A DNA stretch of 64,000 bases. Origin: Mobula birostris (taxonomy: Eukaryota). Positions 60,215 through 64,000 of the stretch are shown here, piece after piece. Location: positions 170,933,415-170,997,414 of the forward strand of contig NC_092375.1 of NCBI RefSeq assembly GCF_030028105.1. Direction: 5' to 3'. The notes under the pieces are model-generated. The model was not told where the DNA came from, searched no databases, and saw only the letters and a list, made by a program, of their open reading frames with translations. Numbering within the stretch: the stretch's first letter is position 1; each line of letters begins with the position of its first letter. Both the position numbers and the translations under genes were made by a program.

Positions 60215-62201
60215 GCTCTATCTCTCTAATAAGGAAAAAAGGGGTGTCCCCATTTCACAGCGAGAGGGGAGACATAACAAAACAACTTGCTGATTTATGG
60301 TGTTAGAAGTCTGTTGCATAGCTTTTTCCGAGCTCTGGGCCCAACTTGGGTCTCTGGACAAACAGCCAGCAGCGAGCTCACTGCTTCTGATCTTCTGTGT
60401 ACTGCCATGACACATCAGGCAGCACCAGCCTTGAATCAGCCCGCCTCCATAGCCATGAAAATCTGGCACCCTGAAGATCCGCAAGTCTTCCAGGCTACAT
60501 CATTGGCATATCGAAAAGCAGCCCGTCATGAGGCCCTGAAAGCAGGTCCCATTTCTGCAAAGAACTAAAGTCAGCATGTAACTCCAGGTCAGAGTCTTTA
60601 AAAGAACCCTGAAAGGGAAAAAAAGAGATATCAAACATAGAAATAGAGCTGTTTCTGAAGATGTAAGCAAAGGAGTCACTGTTAGGTGCCATTATCCTAA
60701 GCTCCGCCCCTTCAGGATCTCAACCCCAGATCCATTGATGTCAATAGGGTTAGCCTGTCTCCATTCCTCCTGTAGTCCACAACCAGCTCCTTTGTTTTTG
60801 CAGCTCTGTGGTTCCTGGGATGAAGGGCAACAGTTACAAGGATAGATTGGAGAGAATAGGACTGTTTTCTCACAGAAGGGAAGGCTGGGGGGATTTTGAT
60901 GGAATAATATAAAATTACATCGATTTCTTTTAGCAGAGCCATCAAGTGCTTGAGATATAAAATGAACGATTAAGGAATTCAGAGTGACATGAAAAAAATC
61001 TTTTTACACAGAGTGTAGTTAGAATCCGGAATAAAGATATGATAGATAAAGGTCTTCAAGAGGAGGGTGAATAAATATGGTGAAGAAAAATTGACGATTA
61101 TATGGAGAAAGGCCTTGGGGTTTGCTACACTGAATTTAAATTGTAAGTCGGGACACAATAAGATAAATCAACTCTCTTTCTATAATAACTGTCAATGTGT
61201 TACCCTTTTTTAAATTACTCCACAATTTTTCATTTTAGAAAGTTGCAAAGTGAGTGAACAGGACTTCAAGTTATGTCATTGAATATGGTAACTCAGCAAA
61301 TTGTGATTTACTTATAAAAAAATGTAACATGATGTTTGTGAATTCTCTAGTTGCCCATCAATGAGTAGCATAGCAGCCAAGGTGATAATGGCTGGGGTTC
61401 TGTTCCCTGAAAGGAGCTGCAAAAGGAATGTTTTCATGAAAGTGAGTTTGAATATAATGCAATTTACATATTTTTTCTCTTTCTTTTTTAGCTCTAGAGC
61501 TAAAATTGGTCAGACAGTTCTGTGAAGATGAAAATGGTGCTTTGATTTATAACCAAATTAGAAATGGTAAAATATCAAATAGAAACCCATTATATTCAGT
61601 AACTTCAAGTTCTACACATACCAGGAACCAAATTGGACCAATTGCTACAAAACCTAGAAAAACAATTGTATCTGAAAAGATGAAAGTAAATGCATCAGTG
61701 AAGCCTTTTCCATTTAGACCTACCTCAGTTGTAAAACCTCTGAAATTCAAAGAACAGGTAAAAAATTATCTTAACAGCTGTTTATGACATTTTATTTGCA
61801 TGTAGCGTATATTGTTCATCAATGTACCCCGATTTTTATATGTACCAAGTTATAACTAAACACTTGAGTAATTTAGCTGATAAAAGAAAAGGCAAATACT
61901 TTAATAAATAGAATTAATAGCAATGTTAATTTTGATTATAATCGATATTACCTTTTCAAATACAAAATACTTAAATAAATACTGATGACTGGCATTATGC
62001 AGGTGAAACAAAACTCAGAAAGAGCTGATGATGATTCTGATGAAGAAAAGGAACTGGAACTTGTAACCCCTTTTGTTCATTCGAAGGGCAGAAACAATCC
62101 ATCACTTAACAAAAGCTACTCAGGTATACACATGCAGTCTGTTAAGCCTGTGAAAGAAACTGTAGAGTCAGCAAACCTGCCACAAAAAAATACAGTTCCA
62201 G
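7629..62201 (+). CDS. COL28A1: Collagen type XXVIII alpha chain (COL28A1-like, possibly the paralog absent from mammals); partial gene, 21 exons in window
   Basis: The spliced exons give one open frame: Gly-X-Y domain with regular G-X-G imperfections, then [22 protein letters not shown], then a VWA domain ([18 protein letters not shown]...), then a S/T/P/K-rich linker. This is collagen XXVIII architecture. All acceptors are AG; donors are GT except one GC. N-terminal VWA1 and C-terminal Kunitz exons are not seen in the window. Confidence 0.93.
8068..8965 (+). mobile_element. tRNA-derived V-SINE (HE1-like) split by a ~600 bp minus-strand non-LTR insert (about 8268-8865)
   Basis: V-domain gggctttccccaggtgctctggtttcttcccttagtccaaag; insert flanked by ttagatt/ttaggtt; the SINE resumes at 8866. 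Confidence 0.65.
10427..11008 (-). mobile_element. Internally deleted Tc1/mariner DNA transposon
   Basis: TIRs cagtggccactttattaggtac / gtacctaataaagtggccattg; ORF 10625..11071 contains the transposase HTH ([33 protein letters not shown]). Confidence 0.85.
12327..12395 (+). CDS. COL28A1: Collagen exon B (69 nt) [23 protein letters not shown]
   Basis: tgacag|GGC...AAG|gtgagg. Confidence 0.93.
13897..14008. repeat. Tandem repeat, 4 x 28 bp
   Basis: Unit atactttaaccaataaacaatctgctgg at 13897, 13925, 13953 and 13981. Confidence 0.9.
14088..14736 (+). mobile_element. 5'-truncated Penelope-like retroelement (GIY-YIG C-terminal half plus pseudo-LTR)
   Basis: Translates [66 protein letters not shown]; flanked by 9-bp direct repeat atcaaattg (14079-14087, 14737-14745). 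Confidence 0.9.
14637..14676 (+). ncRNA. Minimal type I hammerhead ribozyme motif in the Penelope pseudo-LTR
   Basis: Stem I TTAGTC/GACTGA; core CTGACGA (14643-49); stem II GGGT-cccg-GCCT; GAAA (14663-66); palindromic ACGT in place of stem III; GUC cleavage triplet ending at 14670. Confidence 0.75.
15327..15395 (+). CDS. COL28A1: Collagen exon C (69 nt) [23 protein letters not shown]
   Basis: catcag|GGT...AAG|gtaatt. Confidence 0.93.
15934..16015. mobile_element. Short hAT (Charlie-like) MITE
   Basis: Termini caggtgttcccaac ... gttgggtacccctg; TSD not clearly preserved. Confidence 0.6.
16078..16101. repeat. (AC)n microsatellite
   Basis: Read directly from the sequence. Confidence 0.95.
16894..16962 (+). 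CDS. COL28A1: Collagen exon D (69 nt) [23 protein letters not shown]
   Basis: tggtag|GGA...AAG|gtaaga. Confidence 0.93.
17165..18065 (+). mobile_element. Rex1/Babar LINE reverse transcriptase fragment
   Basis: [49 protein letters not shown]; frameshifted. Confidence 0.85.
18298..19816 (-). mobile_element. Solo LTR (1519 bp) with an internal minisatellite expansion
   Basis: TGTTAT...ATGACA termini; 5-bp TSD aatct (18293-97, 19817-21); TATA-like cataaata on the minus strand near 19670. Confidence 0.8.
18577..19295. repeat. Purine-rich minisatellite, 29-bp unit gaggcgaggcttggcagga(g/t)gcaggagac grading into longer variants
   Basis: Read directly from the sequence; it produces the repetitive ORFs at 18437-19162. 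Confidence 0.95.
19890..20810 (-). mobile_element. Penelope-like element 3' part with pseudo-LTR and decayed hammerhead motif
   Basis: ORF 20332..20625 ([23 protein letters not shown]); minus strand 19990-19953 reads cagtc CTGATGA A GGGTCTTGGCTG GAAA CATC. Confidence 0.85.
21890..21958 (+). CDS. COL28A1: Collagen exon E (69 nt) [23 protein letters not shown]
   Basis: ctgcag|GGC...AAA|gtaagt. Confidence 0.93.
23213..23284 (+). CDS. COL28A1: Collagen exon F (72 nt) [24 protein letters not shown]
   Basis: ttgtag|GGC...AAG|gtaact; 8 uninterrupted triplets. Confidence 0.93.
23690..24850 (-). mobile_element. CR1-clade LINE, 5'-truncated and degenerate
   Basis: ORFs 23764..24306 ([35 protein letters not shown]). 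Confidence 0.85.
25170..26150 (-). mobile_element. RTE-related non-autonomous element (SINE-like) interrupted by a solo LTR
   Basis: Minus strand carries catctaggagaaggaaaactctgatctcatacc, resembling RTE 5'UTR sequence; its gggcaacagcttgctctcc..cgtactgccctgg block resembles the SINE at 56783. Confidence 0.5.
25385..25926. mobile_element. Putative solo LTR (~540 bp)
   Basis: Inverted termini TGTAGCCTGG...CCGGTTACA; interrupts the surrounding element; TSD unclear. Confidence 0.6.
26455..26788 (+). mobile_element. Rex1/Babar 3' end fragment
   Basis: aaggacccccaccaccctggacatgccctcttc...ttcaggaacagcttctt...attaaatctgatcctgattctga tail. Confidence 0.7.
27151..27996 (+). mobile_element. 5'-truncated CR1 LINE inserted into the exon G acceptor region
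   Basis: ORF 27174..27698 ([35 protein letters not shown]); tail ttctatgtttcta; ctgtca at both ends (27151-56, 27997-28002). Confidence 0.9.
28006..28074 (+). CDS. COL28A1: Collagen exon G (69 nt) [23 protein letters not shown]
   Basis: tcacag|GGA...AAG|gtaaat; the acceptor abuts a CR1 3' tail. Confidence 0.92.
28277..32870 (+). mobile_element. Full-length but decayed Gypsy/Ty3 LTR retrotransposon
   Basis: LTRs at about 28277-28455 and 32660-32870; PBS tggtgatgagtat (CpG-decayed TGGCGACGAGGAT, tRNA-Ser-like); PPT aaagggggaggaag; gag with Cys/His knuckle, protease MELDTGS, RT DLDDIIV, RNase H, integrase HEGHLG; many stops and frameshifts. Confidence 0.93.
32871..34010 (+). mobile_element. 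Rex1/Babar 3' fragment that hosts the Gypsy and hAT inserts (also about 28230-28276)
   Basis: CITAWYRN before the left LTR continues as [25 protein letters not shown] after the right LTR; resumes at about 33650 to a ttaaacactcttgaatcttag tail. Confidence 0.7.
32970..33649 (+). mobile_element. Internally deleted hAT transposon
   Basis: 33121-33296 [36 protein letters not shown] (BED-like finger); 33337-33534 [18 protein letters not shown] (hAT dimerisation domain). Confidence 0.8.
34137..34208 (+). CDS. COL28A1: Collagen exon H (72 nt) [26 protein letters not shown] donor
   Basis: ttacag|GGT...AAG|gcaagt. Confidence 0.88.
34418..37422 (+). mobile_element. Tc1-family transposon with ~210-bp IR/DR terminal repeats and a decayed transposase
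   Basis: Left 34418-34625 and right 37200-37422 are inverted, with repeated aagtattcacccc; TA follows 37422; peptides [51 protein letters not shown]. Confidence 0.92.
34769..36227 (+). mobile_element. 5'-truncated I-group (Nimb-like) LINE with RNase H, nested in the Tc1
   Basis: [13 protein letters not shown]; [39 protein letters not shown]; [16 protein letters not shown]; (GAA)n tail; TSD gaaggtccaactg/gaaggcccaactg (34756-68, 36228-40). Confidence 0.88.
37645..37862. mobile_element. Palindromic Penelope pseudo-LTR-derived element
   Basis: Inverted arms tctgctggaagaactcaggaggtcgagcagcatctg..gaaaggaatt / aattcctttcc..cagacactgctcaaccc; decayed antisense hammerhead (gtcCTGATGc..gacccAAAA) at the centre. 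Confidence 0.7.
38149..38217 (+). CDS. COL28A1: Collagen exon I (69 nt) [23 protein letters not shown]
   Basis: tgttag|GGT...AAG|gtacac. Confidence 0.92.
38640..40096 (+). mobile_element. Internally deleted Rex1/Babar LINE (APE region plus 3' end)
   Basis: [27 protein letters not shown]; [14 protein letters not shown]; aataaacctaattctgattctgactctga tail. Confidence 0.8.
40126..40194 (+). CDS. COL28A1: Collagen exon J (69 nt) [23 protein letters not shown]
   Basis: gtatag|GGC...AAG|gtagga. Confidence 0.93.
40694..42021 (-). mobile_element. Young 5'-truncated CR1 LINE with an open RT frame
   Basis: ORF 40913..42184: [59 protein letters not shown]; (ctattg)-type tail. Confidence 0.95.
43225..43293 (+). 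CDS. COL28A1: Collagen exon K (69 nt) [23 protein letters not shown]
   Basis: tattag|GGT...CCT|gtaagt. Confidence 0.93.
43455..44620 (-). mobile_element. Rex1/Babar LINE RT fragment
   Basis: ORFs 43755..44373 ([34 protein letters not shown]); (cttgaa)n tail. Confidence 0.85.
44943..45011 (+). CDS. COL28A1: Collagen exon L (69 nt) [23 protein letters not shown]
   Basis: gaaaag|GGT...AAG|gtatcc; weak AAG acceptor. Confidence 0.9.
45785..46230 (+). mobile_element. Non-autonomous non-LTR repeat, same family as 59875-60710
   Basis: Shares the 3' end gaatttcag(a/g)..tg.ata....tatacattctctga.attaaa and an internal GT-rich block with the minus-strand copy. Confidence 0.55.
46337..46405 (+). CDS. 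COL28A1: Collagen exon M (69 nt) [23 protein letters not shown]
   Basis: ttttag|GGA...AAG|gtacca. Confidence 0.92.
47726..47794 (+). CDS. COL28A1: Collagen exon N (69 nt) [23 protein letters not shown]
   Basis: ctttag|GGA...AAG|gtaggt. Confidence 0.93.
47943..48011 (+). CDS. COL28A1: Collagen exon O (69 nt) [23 protein letters not shown]
   Basis: tgatag|GGG...AAG|gtacgt. Confidence 0.93.
48981..49714. mobile_element. pogo/Tigger-like non-autonomous DNA element
   Basis: TA|cagtg..gttaattg.cac ... tgtcccaattaactggaatccactg|TA. Confidence 0.65.
49719..50038 (+). mobile_element. Mariner MITE retaining the transposase C-terminus
   Basis: TA-flanked TIRs caaggggtgattgataagtt / aacatatcaatcacccctca; encodes [14 protein letters not shown]; contains an internal palindrome. 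Confidence 0.85.
50549..50629 (+). CDS. COL28A1: Collagen exon P (81 nt) [27 protein letters not shown]
   Basis: ctatag|GGT...ACT|gtaagt. Confidence 0.92.
51105..54090 (-). mobile_element. CR1 LINE ORF2, interrupted by an RTE element
   Basis: ORFs 53761..53988, 53098..53727, 52680..53258 and 51191..51454 are collinear CR1 ORF2 segments. Confidence 0.95.
51605..52649 (+). mobile_element. 5'-truncated RTE-clade LINE
   Basis: [49 protein letters not shown]; (TGA)n tail; 14-bp TSD acatccttcctgta/acatccctcctgta (51591-604, 52650-63). Confidence 0.92.
54390..54620 (-). mobile_element. tRNA-derived SINE with (CAA)n tail
   Basis: Minus-strand head ggtggctgatggtgtaatggc...gagtttgaatcc (A/B box-like); the tail appears as gttgttgttgttg on +. 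Confidence 0.6.
54827..54862 (+). CDS. COL28A1: Collagen exon Q (36 nt) [12 protein letters not shown], end of triple helix
   Basis: gtttag|GGA...ACA|gtgagt. Confidence 0.88.
55340..56220 (+). mobile_element. Old CR1 3' fragment with a nested minus-strand V-SINE piece (about 55990-56160)
   Basis: aaggttcaccagactgattcc and cagtcactgcatgtattc blocks; cgtacgtctttggaacgtgggaggcaactggagcacc is an antisense V-domain. Confidence 0.55.
56501..56537 (+). CDS. COL28A1: Junction exon R (37 nt) [12 protein letters not shown](G)
   Basis: tactag|AGA...TGT G|gtacgt; phase 0-1; joins the next exon to give the ICGCG motif typical of collagen XXVIII. Confidence 0.87.
56783..57100 (+). mobile_element. tRNA-derived CORE-like SINE with an RTE-type 3' end
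   Basis: A box tggccaagtgg, B box gagttcgagccc, CORE-like ttgagcaaggcacttaatc, 3' hairpin gatccatggtctcgcaagac. Confidence 0.7.
57105..58110 (+). mobile_element. Degenerate CR1 3' fragment with a short nested Rex1-type tail (about 57243-57345, minus)
   Basis: ORF 57358..57738 ([23 protein letters not shown]); tail gtgctgtaatgttctatgt. Confidence 0.75.
58359..58916 (+). CDS. COL28A1: Exon S (558 nt): C-terminal von Willebrand factor A domain (VWA2)
   Basis: ttacag|GT TGT GGA...ACA G|gtttgt; in frame with ORF 58388..59014; MIDAS motifs DSSES, GEGTYTG, VLTDG. Confidence 0.96.
59730..60810 (-). mobile_element. Rex1-type fragment with a nested non-autonomous element (59875-60710) containing (CT)n at about 60180-60211
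   Basis: [11 protein letters not shown] in ORF 60712..60945; gaggcactgttgtgccttt (antisense Rex1 block) at about 59770. Confidence 0.6.
61492..61757 (+). CDS. COL28A1: Exon T (266 nt): VWA2 end and linker, (A)[21 protein letters not shown]...KFKEQ
   Basis: Long pyrimidine tract ttttag|CT...CAG|gtaaaa; phase 1-0; in frame with ORF 61506..61787. Confidence 0.85.
62003..62201 (+). CDS. COL28A1: Exon U (199 nt): linker [20 protein letters not shown]...NTVP
   Basis: atgcag|GTG...CCA G|gtaaga; phase 0-1 matches exon T; in frame with ORF 61985..62242. Confidence 0.72.
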
Positions 62202-62629
62202 GTAAGATATTAATTTGTTTATGTAGTATAATTGATGAATAACTGAAGAAGGAAATAAGGCCATTACATGTTAAACCTTTTCATTCTGAAATGGGTTCAA
62301 ATTTCAGCACATATTACTAGAATTATTTAAGGGTAGTCTCAAAAACATTTTACTGGATATAACTTCATAGCATACTGTAGAATCTCAATGATGCAACATT
62401 TAATTACAGTAGGGGGATGAAAGACTATAAGTTCCACAGACTTACTTCACTTACCACCTTCCTTGAAAATATATCAAGCTCAATGCTGGCCACTTACAAG
62501 TTAAATTCACTGTAACTAACCCCAGTGCCTTTCTCCATATCCTTGTCAAGTTTTCTTCATGATATTTATTCAAAGTGGCAGGTGGTGAAAGACTGTAGAC
62601 ACAAAATATATCGATCAGTTATATTGTCA

Positions 62630-64000
62630 TAGAATCACAGAGCAATACAACACCTTCAGCTTAGCGAGTCCATGCCCAGCAGGTCCCAGTTTCCTGTGTT
62701 CAACCTACATCCCACTAAGCCCCACCCTCTCAATCTACCTACCTTAAATGGTGCTAATGTACCTGCCTCAACCACTTCTTCCGGCAGCTCATTCTAAATA
62801 CTCACCGATCTCTGCATGATTAAGTTATCCCTGAAGTCCCTTTTCAATCTCTCCCCTCTTACCCTAAATCTCTGCCTCCTAGTTTTGGTCTCTCCTGCCC
62901 TGGGGAAAAGACTATTACCATGCACCGTTACCTATGCCTTGCATACTTTCAAATATTTCTATAAAGTCATCCCTCATTCTCCTCTGTTCCAGTGAATAAA
63001 GACCGAACCTGGTTAGCCTCTCCCTGTAACTCAGGTCCTCCAGTCCTTGCAACATCCTCATAAATCTTTTCTACACTCTTTGCAGTTTAGCCACATCTTT
63101 CCTATAACAGACTGAGCAAAACTGTACACAGTACCTCAAGTGTGGCTTCACCAACAACTTATACAAATGCAACATAATATTGCAACTCAATGGCATGACA
63201 ACTGAAGGTCAGCATGCTAAATGCCTTTTCACCACTCTGTATGTAACGCCAATTTCAACGAATGATACACTTGCATTTTTAGATTGCACTCCCCTAGTGC
63301 TCTACCATTCATAGTATAAGTGCTATACTGGTTTGACTTTCCAAAATGCACCCTGCCACACTTACCTAGTATTGAAATCCATTTGGCACTCCTTGGCTCA
63401 TTTCCATGACTGATCAAGATCCCCTTGTAGACTATGATAACTGTATTCATTGTCAACACCTTCTAATTTCATGTCATCCGCAAACTTGTGCACTTGTAAC
63501 CAAATCATTCATATAAAAAACAAATAACAAAGGTCCCAATACTGACCACCTACTGCACACCACCAGTCACTGGCTTCCATTCTGAGAAACAACTTTCAAC
63601 CATCATCTTCTGTAACCTACCTCAGGGAGGGAATGTCGACTCAGACCATGACACTTGCTATCACAATTTTAAAAGCTTTCCACTTGCCATTTACTTGTTT
63701 CCCCTCAAACAGATTACTAAGGCCTCGGTCATTGAAATAAATGCAGTTTAACGGAGTATTCCTTTCCCTGCTTTGACTATGTCCCAGCTAATCTGATTCC
63801 TAGACTTGCTCTCGCTGGCTACAGCTTTATCCCATGATTTGCTCCTGCCAGTGTAATTTAAACCTTTCTATGTATCACTAGTAAATTTCCCTGCAAAGAT
63901 ATTGGTTGCTGTCCAGTTCAAGTGCACCTGTCCCTCTCTCACAGTTCACCTCTACCCCAGAAGAGATCTCAGTGTTCCAAGAAACCGAATCCCTGAAGAA
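62630..64000 (-). mobile_element. Degenerate, internally deleted CR1 LINE running off the window end
   Basis: KCGRVHFGKSN in ORF 63229..63459; 63880-64000 matches the ORF1 esterase block at 3370-3480. Confidence 0.75.

Overview
Vertebrate genomic DNA, not prokaryotic. The repeat mix (CR1, Rex1/Babar, Penelope, V-SINE, Tc1) suggests a cartilaginous fish, probably a ray; this is an inference. The window lies inside one + strand gene encoding a collagen XXVIII alpha chain, with both ends outside the window. I mapped 21 coding exons by hand (2218 nt, one continuous frame). They are 17 phase-0 Gly-X-Y exons (13x69, 2x72, 81 and 36 nt), a 37-nt Cys junction exon, a 558-nt VWA2 exon and two linker exons. 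The introns hold many nested transposable elements. Four observations stand out. (1) A Penelope-like element carries an intact minimal hammerhead ribozyme core in sense orientation in an intron, and several small palindromic relatives are built from the same pseudo-LTR. (2) A CR1 LINE inserted 9 nt before a collagen exon, so its tail now appears to supply the polypyrimidine tract and it creates a predicted poison exon. (3) One intron has a GC-AG donor. (4) A fixed 23-residue exon module places a G-X-G break at the same position each time. Most ORFs in the supplied track are TE fragments or noise. All coordinates were read by eye, and TE boundaries are approximate unless a target-site duplication is cited.
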